Assembly (NCBI GenBank): GCA_902522865.1
Contig: CABYXC010000003.1
Coordinates: forward strand, 33,672 to 97,671
Direction: 5' to 3'
DNA from: an uncultured Alphaproteobacteria bacterium
Lineage (GTDB): Bacteria > Pseudomonadota > Alphaproteobacteria > HIMB59 > GCA-002718135
Length of the DNA stretch: 64,000 bases
The notes beneath the pieces were generated by a model. It was not told the DNA's origin. It did no database searches and saw only the letters and a list, made by a program, of their open reading frames with translations. Shown one piece after another: positions 36,885 through 46,697 of this stretch (the first letter of the stretch is position 1; the number at the start of each line of letters is the position of its first letter). A program made the translations under genes and the position numbers.

Positions 36885-37676
36885 TTATATTTTAGCGATA
36901 AAATTAGGGTTAATAACACTTTCTTTCGTATTGTATAGTAATATATTTTTATTAAAATCTTTAACTGAACCACCTGCCTCTTCAAGAATAATATGTCCCG
37001 CAGCAATATCCCATTCTGAAGTTGGACCTAGTCTTGGATAGATATTTGCCTTACTTTCAGCTAAGTAACAAAATTTAAGAGAACTACCAATTTGGATTAA
37101 CTCAAAATTATTACAATTATCATTTATCCAATTATCAAAATCTTTATTAGAATGTGATCGACTACCAATAACCTTTGTTAAATTACTTTTGTCTTTTACT
37201 GAATTTATTTTTATAAAATCTTTAGTTGTTTCAATATTTGACTCTGTAATTAATTTATATGCGCCATTGTTTTTTAAAGCATAATAAAGCAAAGACTTAG
37301 CAGGCGCATATATAATACCAAATATTGGTGAATTATTTTTTATTAATGCAATATTAACTGTAAATTCTCCATTTTTTTTTATAAACTCTTTAGTTCCATC
37401 TAATGGATCTATTAACCAATATGAATTCCAAGTTTTTCTTTCTTTCCATTCTATTAGACTTTCTTCGCTTAATATAGGAACATTCGGGCTAAAAGATTTT
37501 AATCTATTTAAAATTAAATTATTTGATTTTATATCAGCTTCGGTAATAGGTGAATTATCATCTTTTATTTCTACATTAAAAGATTTTTTATATACTTTTT
37601 GAATTTCCTTACCTGCATCTATAGCAGTATTTAATATTTTTAATAAATTTTTTGATTTATGTAATTCTAAGTTCAT
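36885..37676 (-). CDS. cysQ: 3'(2'),5'-bisphosphate nucleotidase (CysQ, inositol-monophosphatase fold)
   Basis: 'ILSEES', 'WLIDPLDGTKEFI' and 'WDIAAGHIILEEAGG' motifs. Confidence 0.8.
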   Translation of the reverse strand: MNLELHKSKNLLKILNTAIDAGKEIQKVYKKSFNVEIKDDNSPITEADIKSNNLILNRLKSFSPNVPILSEESLIEWKERKTWNSYWLIDPLDGTKEFIKKNGEFTVNIALIKNNSPIFGIIYAPAKSLLYYALKNNGAYKLITESNIETTKDFIKINSVKDKSNLTKVIGSRSHSNKDFDNWINDNCNNFELIQIGSSLKFCYLAESKANIYPRLGPTSEWDIAAGHIILEEAGGSVKDFNKNILLYNTKESVINPNFIAKI

Positions 37677-37710
37677 GATTCTTTTAACAGAATTTTTTTA
37701 TTAATTAAAA

Positions 37711-38622
37711 TTATATGTAAATGAAATACATATATCCAAAATACAAAGTTAATCCAATAATTCCATAAATACGTCCAATTTTTTTTACAAAAATCATAAA
37801 CATTAAAATTAATGCTGTAGTTGATAACATGAAGTATAAGTCTTGATTTACTAAAACTTCAGGAACTTTAAAATTACCAAAAAATGAACTAATACCTAGA
37901 ACACCTAATACATTATAAATATTAGACCCCAGAATATTTCCTAAAGCGAAATCAATCTTTTTTCTAAAGGCAGAAACAATACCAACTGCAAGTTCTGGAA
38001 GGGAAGTTCCAAAAGCTACTAATGATAATCCAATTACTGAAGCTGGAACATTATAAGTTCTTGCAATATTAATTGCTGAATCAACAAGTAAATCTGCGCC
38101 AAATACTAAACATGCTATACCTATTATAATTAATATTAATGAGATTGTTATTGAATAATCGTTTTTATCTATTTCTAAATTATCAATTTCTCCTTTTTTT
38201 ATTTGAACATACATTAGATAAATCAATGATGTAATTGCAACTAATCCAAAAATAAAATTAAAATAAAAAAAAGTCATAATAATTAATACAATTCCTAAAA
38301 TAATATTTATCCAAGCTTGGTTAATTTGATTTTTATTTATATTTACAATTGGAAAAATTAATGTTGTAGTGGCCATTACAAGTATCAAGTTTGCAATATT
38401 ACTTCCAACTACAGCGCCTAAAGCAAGATCCGAAAAATCATTAAGAACTGCATTAATGCTGCTTGCCAATTCAGGTAATGATGTTCCCCCAGCTACAATT
38501 ACAACACCAATTGCAAACAATGAGATATTAATCTTTCTTCCAAAACTAACTGAACCTCTTATAATTATTTCAGCACCTAAAACTAGAAGCCCTAATCCAA
38601 TTATCGAAAATAAAATATCCAT
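37711..38622 (-). CDS. Ca2+/Na+ antiporter family (YrbG-like) membrane protein
   Basis: Two internal alpha-repeats ('GTSLPELASS' and 'GTSLPELAVG'), 303 aa. Confidence 0.75.
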   Translation of the reverse strand: MDILFSIIGLGLLVLGAEIIIRGSVSFGRKINISLFAIGVVIVAGGTSLPELASSINAVLNDFSDLALGAVVGSNIANLILVMATTTLIFPIVNINKNQINQAWINIILGIVLIIMTFFYFNFIFGLVAITSLIYLMYVQIKKGEIDNLEIDKNDYSITISLILIIIGIACLVFGADLLVDSAINIARTYNVPASVIGLSLVAFGTSLPELAVGIVSAFRKKIDFALGNILGSNIYNVLGVLGISSFFGNFKVPEVLVNQDLYFMLSTTALILMFMIFVKKIGRIYGIIGLTLYFGYMYFIYI

Positions 38623-38696
38623 TGAAAATTTTTAATTATTTAAGTTAGTTATATGTTTAAATTAAATAGTATATAATAAATAAATTTTTCTAAATT

Positions 38697-40301
38697 ATGA
38701 ACGAAAGTTTTGACTATATTATTATTGGTGCAGGTACAGCTGGTTGCATATTAGCAAATAGACTTTCAGAGAATGAAAACATTAAAGTACTCTTGATTGA
38801 GGCTGGAGGCAAAGACACTAATCCTTGGATACATATTCCGGGTGGTTATTTTAAAACAATGCATAATCCTAAAACTGATTGGTGCTTCACAACTGAAGAG
38901 GAAAAATTTTGTAATTATAGAAAAATGCTTATTCCAAGAGGAAAAACATTGGGTGGAAGCTCATCAATTAATGGGATGTTATATATAAGAGGTCATGCAA
39001 ATGACTACAATTACTGGAGACAATTAGGTAATATTGGATGGTCTTGGGAAGACGTATTACCGTACTTTAAAAAATCTGAAGATTACAGAATTTCTAAAAG
39101 TGAATTTCATGGTACCAATGGACCCATCAAAGTAGAGAAAATTAGATCAAATTTTAAATTATTGGATTTATTTTTAGAGGCCTCTCAAGAATTTGGATAC
39201 AAAAAAAATGAAGACTTTAACGATGGTGACAATGAAGGAATGGGTTATTTTCCAATGACAATTGATAAAGGGTATAGATGTAGTGCTGCAGTTGCTTTCT
39301 TAAATCCTATAAAAAATAGAAAAAATTTAAAAATTATAACCAAGGCACATGTTAAAAAATTAACAATTGAAAATTTAAAAGTAAAAACTGTAAATTTATG
39401 GAAAAACAATGAAGAATTTTCATATTCTGTAAATAAAGAAGTTTTATTGTCTGCAGGAACAATTGGATCTCCTCACATATTACAAGCTTCAGGTATTGGT
39501 CCAGGTAAATTATTAAATGAAAATAATATTAATATTGTAAAAGAAATTAAAGGTGTTGGAAAAAATTTAACCGATCATTTAATGTTAAGACCAGTTTACA
39601 AAATTAAAAACTTAGAAACATTAAACGATATATATCACAGTTTTACTAAAAAATTTTTAACAGGATTAAATTATCTAATTTATAAAAAAGGACCTTTAAC
39701 AGTTGGAGCAAGTTACTTGTGCGGCTTTATTAAAAGTGATTCGTATTTAGAAAACCCTAATTTACAATTTCATATTTCGCCAGCTAGTACAGATTTATTA
39801 GGAAAAGCAGAACTTCATAAATTTCCAGCATTCACTCCTACAATAACAAATATTCGTCCAACAAGTAGAGGGTCTATAGAAATTAAATCTGCAGATACAA
39901 GAATTTATCCTCAAATAAAAATGAACTACTTATCTACTGAAGAAGATAGGGAAATTGCAGGTAAGTCTTTAAAAATTGTAAGAAAAATAGTTTTAGAATC
40001 AAAAGCATATAAAAATTATGAACCAGAAGAATATAGACCAGGAATACAATTTAAAGATAATGAATCTCTCGCTAAGGAAGCGGGTAAATTTGCAAACACT
40101 ATTTTTCATCCAGTAAGTACCTGTAAAATGGGTAATGATGAAAATTCAGTTGTAAGTGATAATCTCAAAGTAAAAGGAATACATAACTTAAGAGTTGTTG
40201 ATGCATCTGTGATGCCAACTATAACATCAGGTAATACGAATGCCCCTACTATGATGATTGCTGAGAAAGCATCAGACTTAATTATTAGAGATCAGAAATA
40301 A
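38697..40301 (+). CDS. GMC-family FAD oxidoreductase (choline-dehydrogenase-like)
   Basis: 'DYIIIGAGTAGCILANRLSE' FAD motif, 'GKTLGGSSSINGMLYIRG' GMC signature 1, C-terminal 'HPVSTCKMG' and 'VVDASVMP'. Confidence 0.85.
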   Translation: MNESFDYIIIGAGTAGCILANRLSENENIKVLLIEAGGKDTNPWIHIPGGYFKTMHNPKTDWCFTTEEEKFCNYRKMLIPRGKTLGGSSSINGMLYIRGHANDYNYWRQLGNIGWSWEDVLPYFKKSEDYRISKSEFHGTNGPIKVEKIRSNFKLLDLFLEASQEFGYKKNEDFNDGDNEGMGYFPMTIDKGYRCSAAVAFLNPIKNRKNLKIITKAHVKKLTIENLKVKTVNLWKNNEEFSYSVNKEVLLSAGTIGSPHILQASGIGPGKLLNENNINIVKEIKGVGKNLTDHLMLRPVYKIKNLETLNDIYHSFTKKFLTGLNYLIYKKGPLTVGASYLCGFIKSDSYLENPNLQFHISPASTDLLGKAELHKFPAFTPTITNIRPTSRGSIEIKSADTRIYPQIKMNYLSTEEDREIAGKSLKIVRKIVLESKAYKNYEPEEYRPGIQFKDNESLAKEAGKFANTIFHPVSTCKMGNDENSVVSDNLKVKGIHNLRVVDASVMPTITSGNTNAPTMMIAEKASDLIIRDQK

Positions 40302-42071
40302 TTATTGTACTACTGTATCTTGAGGGTCTATACCGGCAACTTCAACTGGTGCTTTCATAGCATCTCTTCTAAAAGGTTCTCCCAGTTCTTGGTTTAACAT
40401 TACTTCTATAAAAGTAGTTATACCTTCCATTTGATCCTTGCAAGATTGTTGCAAAGCTTCTGTTAGTTCCTCTTGAGTGTGAACTTTAATACCTCTAAAT
40501 CCACACGCTTCTGCAATCTTTGCATAGCTTAATTTAGGATCAAGTTCTGTTCCAACAAAATTATTATTATACCAAAGTGTAGTATTTCTTTTCTCCGCTC
40601 CCCATTGATAATTTCTAAAAATTATCATTGTAATATTTGGCCAACCTTCTCTATTACATGAAGTCATTTCACTCATACTTATTCCAAATGCGCCGTCACC
40701 TGCAAAACCAACAACTGGTGTATTTGGACAACCTATTTTTGCTCCAATTACTGATGGAAAACCATAACCACATGGTCCAAATAAACCCGGTGCTAAATAC
40801 TTTCTACCATTCTCAAATGTAGGATAAGCATTACCGATTGCACAATTATTTCCTATATCACTTGATATAATTGCATCTTCAGGAAGACCTGCTTGAATAG
40901 CTCGCCATGCCATTCTTGGTGACATTTTCTCTGGTTCTCTATCTCGTGAATCTTTATTCCAAGATGTGCCAGGATCATCTTCTTCATGATCAAGGCCAGT
41001 TAATGTTTGAAGCCAAGCTGACTTTGTCTTATGAATTAACTCTTCTCTTTCTCTTCTATCTTTATCACCTGCATTTGTTGTAAGGTTTTCTAAAATTTGT
41101 TCTGCAACTAGTTTTGCGTCTCCACAAATACCAACACTTATTTTTTTTGTTAAACCAATTCGATCGGAATTGATATCAACTTGAATGACATCCGCATTTT
41201 TTGGCCAATAATCTATTCCATAACCTGGTAAAGTTGAGAAAGGATTTAACCTTGTGCCAAGTGCGAGAACTACATCTGCCTTAGATATTATTTCCATTGC
41301 TGCTTTAGATCCATTGTAACCTAAAGGACCAACCGCAAGAGGATGTTTGCCAGGAAAACTATCATTGTGTTGGTATCCGCAAGCAACTGGAGCACTTAAT
41401 TTTTCAGCAAGTTTTTTGCAATCATCAATAGCGTCAGCTAAAATCACTCCAGCACCAGATAAAATGACTGGGAATTTTGCATTAGATAAAAGATCAGCAG
41501 CTTCTTTAATTGCTTCTGTTCCACCTGCAGGTCTTTCAAATTTAATTATAGGTGGCAGATCAATATCAACAACTTGAGTCCAAAAATCTCTTGGTATATT
41601 TAATTGAGCAGGAGCAGATCCTTTAATAGCTTTTGAAATAACTCTATTTAAAACTTCTGCAACTCTTGAGGGATCTCTTACTTCTTCTTGATAGCACACC
41701 ATATCTTTAAATAAGTTCATTTGCTCGACTTCTTGGAAACCTCCTTGACCAATAGTTTTGTTAGCTGCTTGAGGAGTAACTAAGAGCATTGGAGTATGAT
41801 TCCAAAAAGCAGTTTTTATAGGTGTAACTAAGCCAGTTATACCAGGACCATTTTGCGCAATACACATTGCGATTTTTCCTGTTGATCTTGTATAGCCATC
41901 AGCCATAATTCCACCATTTGACTCATGAGCAACATCCCAAAATGTTATTCCAGCCTTAGGAAAAAGATCTGATATTGGCATAAACGCAGATCCAATTATT
42001 CCAAAAGCGTGCTGAATACCGTGTTTTTGTAAAACTTTTACGAAAGCCTCTTCTGTTGTCATTTTTGCCAT
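40302..42071 (-). CDS. xsc: Sulfoacetaldehyde acetyltransferase (TPP-dependent)
   Basis: 589 aa. There is near-continuous similarity to my recollection of characterised Xsc ('TTEEAFVKVLQ.HGI.HAFGIIGSA', 'VTPQAANKTIGQGGFQEV', 'VCYQEEVRDPSR', 'NPFSTLPGYGIDYWPK', 'IQVDIN.DRIGLTKK'). Confidence 0.9.
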   Translation of the reverse strand: MAKMTTEEAFVKVLQKHGIQHAFGIIGSAFMPISDLFPKAGITFWDVAHESNGGIMADGYTRSTGKIAMCIAQNGPGITGLVTPIKTAFWNHTPMLLVTPQAANKTIGQGGFQEVEQMNLFKDMVCYQEEVRDPSRVAEVLNRVISKAIKGSAPAQLNIPRDFWTQVVDIDLPPIIKFERPAGGTEAIKEAADLLSNAKFPVILSGAGVILADAIDDCKKLAEKLSAPVACGYQHNDSFPGKHPLAVGPLGYNGSKAAMEIISKADVVLALGTRLNPFSTLPGYGIDYWPKNADVIQVDINSDRIGLTKKISVGICGDAKLVAEQILENLTTNAGDKDRREREELIHKTKSAWLQTLTGLDHEEDDPGTSWNKDSRDREPEKMSPRMAWRAIQAGLPEDAIISSDIGNNCAIGNAYPTFENGRKYLAPGLFGPCGYGFPSVIGAKIGCPNTPVVGFAGDGAFGISMSEMTSCNREGWPNITMIIFRNYQWGAEKRNTTLWYNNNFVGTELDPKLSYAKIAEACGFRGIKVHTQEELTEALQQSCKDQMEGITTFIEVMLNQELGEPFRRDAMKAPVEVAGIDPQDTVVQ

Positions 42072-42203
42072 ATTAAATCCTTAATATATTATTCTTTCCT
42101 ACATTAAATTAATTATTAAATGAACTACAATAATCTTGTTAGTTATTTATTAATTTTATAAAATTCCTATTTAATGAAAAAATAATTATTTACGATTGAT
42201 AAA

Positions 42204-44036
42204 ATGACGCTTCCTGGACAAGAGATTATTAAGGCTACATCTAAAACTTTGCCTAATCAACCTGGTGTATACCAAATGCAAGATGAAAAGGGTAATATTC
42301 TATATATTGGAAAAGCAAAAGTATTATCTAATAGAGTAAAGAATTATCTATCTTTAAATAACTTAACCAGAAGAATTCAAAGAATGGTTAGTCTAACTAA
42401 ATCAATGAACTTCTTTGTCACAAATACAGAGTTAGAAGCAATCATACTTGAATGTAATTTAATTAAAAAACATAAACCTCGATTTAATGTTCTGTTAAGA
42501 GACGATAAATCATTCCCTTATATATTTATTTCATCAGAACATGATTTTCCTAGAATTGAAAAACACCGCGGTCCTCAAAAGAAAAAAGGTAGATATTATG
42601 GACCATTTGCAAGTCCAGATGCAGTAAATAGAACTATTAATACAATACAACGAATATTTCTTTTAAGATCATGCACAGACAAAGAGGTAAGTGCAGGAAA
42701 TAAACTGTGTTTCAATTTTTATCTTAAAAGATGTTCTGGTCCTTGCGGAGGAAAAATAACGAAAGAAGCCTATTCAAAATTAATAGAGGCAGCAGATGAT
42801 TTTCTAAGTAGTGGCAATTCTCAAAAAATACAAAAAAATTTCACAGATCAAATGTATAAGGCATCAAAAAAAAATAATTTTGAATTAGCAGCATCTTTAA
42901 GAGATAGACTTAAAGCTTTAAGACATATTGAACAAAATAATTCAATTAAGATTAAGGATATAAAAAATGCTGACATTTTTGCAATAACGTCAAATGAAGG
43001 AAAAACATGTATTTATGGAAGTTTTTTTAGAAATAATACATCTTATGGTGGCAAAGCTTTCTTTCCAGATCATGACAACTTATTAGATCACGAGGAAATA
43101 ATGTTAGGTTTCCTAAATATATTTTATGCAGAAAAAGATATTCCTGACACAATTATTACTAACATTACTATCGATAAAAATAATAATTCACAAATTTTAG
43201 GAAAAAATTTTGATAAAACAAAATTCATTAAACCAATAAAAGGACCTAAAAAAAATTTACTTAAATTTGCAGAAAAAAATTCTAAAATAAATTTAGATAT
43301 CAAATTAAATAAACTTAAATCTTTTGATAATTTTAATGCAGAAATAAAAAAAATATTCAAACTCAAAGATGAAATTATAAAAATAGAAGCTTACGATAAT
43401 AGCCATACATTTGGAAAACATCCTATAGGTGTAATGGTCGCCTATAATCAAAATGGATTTATAAAATCAAATTATAGAAAATTTAATATTCGATTTGATC
43501 TTGAAGAAAACAAAAATAAAGTTGATGATTATTATATGATGAAAGAAATGCTTACTAGGAGATTTAATAATTCAAAATTTCAAGACGAATTAGATTTGCC
43601 AAGTTTATTGCTTATAGATGGAGGCAAAGGACAATATAATTCTGCAAAAAAAGTATTAGATAGTTTAAAAATAGATATACCAATTATCTCTATGGCAAAA
43701 GGTGAGGAAAGAGATGCAGGTAGAGAAATTCTGATACATGATAAATTTACACATAGATTAAATGAAAATAATCCTCTTCTCCACTTTTTACAAAATATTA
43801 GAGATGAAGTGCACAGATTTGCAATAACAACACATCGATCAAAAAGAGCGAAAATGAGTGTCAGATCTGTGTTTGATGAAATAGAAGGAGTAGGTCCTGA
43901 AAGAAAGAAAATTTTAAAAAAACACTTTGGTACAGTGGAAAAATTAAAATTAGCTAGTTTAGATGAATTAAAAGAGATTAAATCTATACCTGAGTCAATT
44001 CTAACAAAAATTTATGAATATTTTCATAGCGTTTAA
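42204..44036 (+). CDS. uvrC: Excinuclease ABC subunit C
   Basis: GIY-YIG N-terminus ('GVYQMQDEKGNILYIGKA'), UVR domain, C-terminal HhH ('IEGVGPERKKILKKHFG'). Confidence 0.95.
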   Translation: MTLPGQEIIKATSKTLPNQPGVYQMQDEKGNILYIGKAKVLSNRVKNYLSLNNLTRRIQRMVSLTKSMNFFVTNTELEAIILECNLIKKHKPRFNVLLRDDKSFPYIFISSEHDFPRIEKHRGPQKKKGRYYGPFASPDAVNRTINTIQRIFLLRSCTDKEVSAGNKLCFNFYLKRCSGPCGGKITKEAYSKLIEAADDFLSSGNSQKIQKNFTDQMYKASKKNNFELAASLRDRLKALRHIEQNNSIKIKDIKNADIFAITSNEGKTCIYGSFFRNNTSYGGKAFFPDHDNLLDHEEIMLGFLNIFYAEKDIPDTIITNITIDKNNNSQILGKNFDKTKFIKPIKGPKKNLLKFAEKNSKINLDIKLNKLKSFDNFNAEIKKIFKLKDEIIKIEAYDNSHTFGKHPIGVMVAYNQNGFIKSNYRKFNIRFDLEENKNKVDDYYMMKEMLTRRFNNSKFQDELDLPSLLLIDGGKGQYNSAKKVLDSLKIDIPIISMAKGEERDAGREILIHDKFTHRLNENNPLLHFLQNIRDEVHRFAITTHRSKRAKMSVRSVFDEIEGVGPERKKILKKHFGTVEKLKLASLDELKEIKSIPESILTKIYEYFHSV

Positions 44037-44063
44037 AAAATTCTTCATCTACAAAGAATAGAA

Positions 44064-44606
44064 ATGAATATATCAAATATTCTAACTATAATTAGAATTG
44101 CTATAATCCCAATTATAGTTCTTTGTATATATCTTACGAATCCATACTTTGGCTGGATTGCCTTTATATTATTTTGTTTAGCTGGAATAACAGATTACTT
44201 TGATGGTTATTTAGCAAGGCTAAGAAATGAAGTTACAAATTTTGGTACATTTCTTGATCCAATTGCAGATAAATTATTAGTAGCAGCTGTGATTCTTATT
44301 TTAACTTCCAAAGGTGTAATAAAAGATTGGGATACTATTCCTGCACTAATAATATTATTAAGAGAAATAACAGTATCAGGTTTAAGGGAATACTTGGCAG
44401 GGATAAAAATCAGTATTCCAGTTTCAAGAATTGCAAAAGCAAAAACCTTTCTTCAGCTAGCCGCACTTGGATTACTTATATTATCCGAGAGTAATCTAAA
44501 TTTATTATTTATTTTTTATTTAGGTAAGATTTTTCTATGGATTGCTGGTATTCTAACCCTCTATACAGCCTATGATTATATTAAAGGATCAATAAAACAT
44601 TTTTAA
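44064..44606 (+). CDS. pgsA: CDP-diacylglycerol--glycerol-3-phosphate 3-phosphatidyltransferase
   Basis: CDP-alcohol phosphatidyltransferase motif 'DYFDGYLAR...G.FLDPIADK'. Confidence 0.85.
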   Translation: MNISNILTIIRIAIIPIIVLCIYLTNPYFGWIAFILFCLAGITDYFDGYLARLRNEVTNFGTFLDPIADKLLVAAVILILTSKGVIKDWDTIPALIILLREITVSGLREYLAGIKISIPVSRIAKAKTFLQLAALGLLILSESNLNLLFIFYLGKIFLWIAGILTLYTAYDYIKGSIKHF

Positions 44607-44611
44607 ATAAA

Positions 44612-44857
44612 ATGAGAATTCGATATTTTGCTTGGATTAAGGATATAACAAATAAGGATGATGACATAATTGATATAAATCACCCAAAAACCATACAAGA
44701 ATTAAAAAAATATTTAGAAAATTTATATCCTGAGCTAAAAAAACATTTTTTACAAGATGTTTTAAGATTTGCAGTTAATCAGGAATATGTTTCAGAAAAT
44801 TTGAAATTAAACCCAATTGATGAAATTGCAATCTTTCCACCAGTTAGTGGCGGGTAA
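44612..44857 (+). CDS. moaD: Molybdopterin synthase sulfur-carrier subunit
   Basis: 81 aa ending in 'PPVSGG'. It immediately precedes moaE with a 1-nt overlap. Confidence 0.7.
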   Translation: MRIRYFAWIKDITNKDDDIIDINHPKTIQELKKYLENLYPELKKHFLQDVLRFAVNQEYVSENLKLNPIDEIAIFPPVSGG

Positions 44858-45273
44858 TGATAAAAATACAAAAAAAAAATTTTAATTTAGAAGAAGAAAT
44901 AGAAAAAATTAAAAATAAACATTCAGACATAGGAGCGCTAACTTCTTTTGTTGGGTATGTAAGAGATTTAAATAACAATAAAGATGTAAAATATTTAAAT
45001 TTAGAAGTTTATCAAGAAATGGCATTTAAAGAATTATCAAAAATCGAAAATAACGCGATTAAAAAATGGAGTTTAATTGATACTTTGATCATTCATAGAT
45101 ATGGAAAATTAATTGTTAATGAAAAAATTGTTTTAGTTTGTTGTTTTTCACAACATAGAAAAAATAGTTTTGAAGCTTGTGAATTTATTATGGATTATTT
45201 AAAAAAAGACGCCCCATTCTGGAAAAATGAATTTTATTATAAAGATGATGAATGGTTAGAAAATTCTAGCTAG
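44857..45273 (+). CDS. moaE: Molybdopterin synthase catalytic subunit
   Basis: 138 aa. 'GALTSFVGYVRD' and 'DAPFWKNE' are MoaE-like. Confidence 0.8.
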   Translation: MIKIQKKNFNLEEEIEKIKNKHSDIGALTSFVGYVRDLNNNKDVKYLNLEVYQEMAFKELSKIENNAIKKWSLIDTLIIHRYGKLIVNEKIVLVCCFSQHRKNSFEACEFIMDYLKKDAPFWKNEFYYKDDEWLENSS

Positions 45274-46150
45274 CGTTTTTAACCATTTCGCTAAAATCAT
45301 TCATAAATTTAAAAGTAGTAGTATTATCACCTGTATTATATTTGAAATCATCAATAGATCTAATAGGAGTAATTTCTGCAGCAGTTCCCGTTAAAAAAGC
45401 TTCATCATAATTTCCAATTTCGTCGGGCAATAAATGCTTTTCTGTTATTTCAAAACCTTGATTAGTTGCCATTTCAATAACTGTTTGACGTGTAATCCCA
45501 TTAAGAAAACAATCTGGGATAGGAGTATGGATATTATTATCTTTAATAAAAAAAATATTTGCTCCTGTGCCTTCAGCAACATAACCTCTATAGTCTAACA
45601 TCAAGGCATCGTGATAGCCTTTTTTTTCTGCAAATTCTTTTGACAGAGTACAAATAATGTAGGGTCCAGAAGCTTTTGCTTCATATGGAGCAGTATCTGG
45701 GGCAGGCCTTTTCCAAGGAGACGTAATTAATCTCAAACCTGCTTTTTGATCTTCAATTTTAAAATAAGTTGCCCAATCATCCCAAACAGCAATAGCTACA
45801 TTGATATTCGATTTACCCGTTGATAAACCCATTTGATCTCCACCTCTCCAAGCTAGTGGTCTTACATAACAATTTTTATAATTCATTTTATCAATAAGTT
45901 CATATTTTGCTTTATTGATTTGATCATGTGTAAAAGGAATTTCCATTCCAATTATTTCAGCAGATTTAAAAAACCTTTTAGTATGCTCCTCTGATTTAAA
46001 GATCTTTCCATTATAAGCTCTTTCCCCTTCAAAAACTGCGCTCGCATAATGAAGACCTTGCGAGATAATATGGGAATTAGCATCCTGCCATGGAATTATT
46101 TTACCATTCATCCATATCCATCCATCTCTGTTTTCAAATGATTTAAGCAT
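45266..46150 (-). CDS. ilvE: Branched-chain amino acid aminotransferase (class IV)
   Basis: 'GLHYASAVFEGERAY', 'EGTGANIFF' and 'GITRQTVIE' motifs, 294 aa. The stop overlaps moaE by 8 nt (convergent). Confidence 0.85.
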   Translation of the reverse strand: MLKSFENRDGWIWMNGKIIPWQDANSHIISQGLHYASAVFEGERAYNGKIFKSEEHTKRFFKSAEIIGMEIPFTHDQINKAKYELIDKMNYKNCYVRPLAWRGGDQMGLSTGKSNINVAIAVWDDWATYFKIEDQKAGLRLITSPWKRPAPDTAPYEAKASGPYIICTLSKEFAEKKGYHDALMLDYRGYVAEGTGANIFFIKDNNIHTPIPDCFLNGITRQTVIEMATNQGFEITEKHLLPDEIGNYDEAFLTGTAAEITPIRSIDDFKYNTGDNTTTFKFMNDFSEMVKNAS

Positions 46151-46209
46151 ATTCTTTATTAACTTTTTTTAATGACAATTGAGTATCAGTGATGCATAAT
46201 TAAGTCAAT

Positions 46210-46695
46210 ATGGCTGACCTAAATAAGTTGTTAACACCTCTTTTTTTAAATGAGGGCGAAATTAGAAAGATTATTGAGCTATTATTTTTCTCATATAGAG
46301 ATTTTACAGAAGGTCCTGATAAAGTTTTGGAAAAAATAAATTTTGGTAGAGCTCATCATCGAGTGATATATTTTGTTGGAAAACAAAAAAATCTTACAAT
46401 TAAGGAACTCCTTTCAATATTGAAAATAACTAAACAAAGTTTGTCTAGAGTATTGAGCCAACTTGTAAACGAGAAATATATTATATTATCTGTTGGTGAA
46501 GATAAGCGTACTAAAAAATTAATACTTTCAAAAAAAGGGCAAGAATTAGAGCAAAGATTATCTGAAATTCAAATTAAAAAAATACGCAATGTTTTATTAA
46601 AATTTAATGAGATGGATATAAATGGTTTTAAAAAAATATTGTATGAGATGGTTGATGATAAAAATAAAGAAAAGTTTGATGAAATAAATAGATAA
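46210..46695 (+). CDS. MarR/PetP-like winged-helix transcriptional regulator
   Basis: 161 aa with wHTH 'LTIKELLSILKITKQSLSRVLSQLVNEKYI'. It directly precedes the response regulator. Confidence 0.65.
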   Translation: MADLNKLLTPLFLNEGEIRKIIELLFFSYRDFTEGPDKVLEKINFGRAHHRVIYFVGKQKNLTIKELLSILKITKQSLSRVLSQLVNEKYIILSVGEDKRTKKLILSKKGQELEQRLSEIQIKKIRNVLLKFNEMDINGFKKILYEMVDDKNKEKFDEINR

Positions 46696-46697
46696 TA

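Noticed and set aside
42072-42203. SOS (LexA) box upstream of uvrC, or a shared operator with xsc
   Set aside because: No GAAC-N7-GAAC/GTTC-type direct repeat and no copy of the palindromes seen elsewhere in the window was found.
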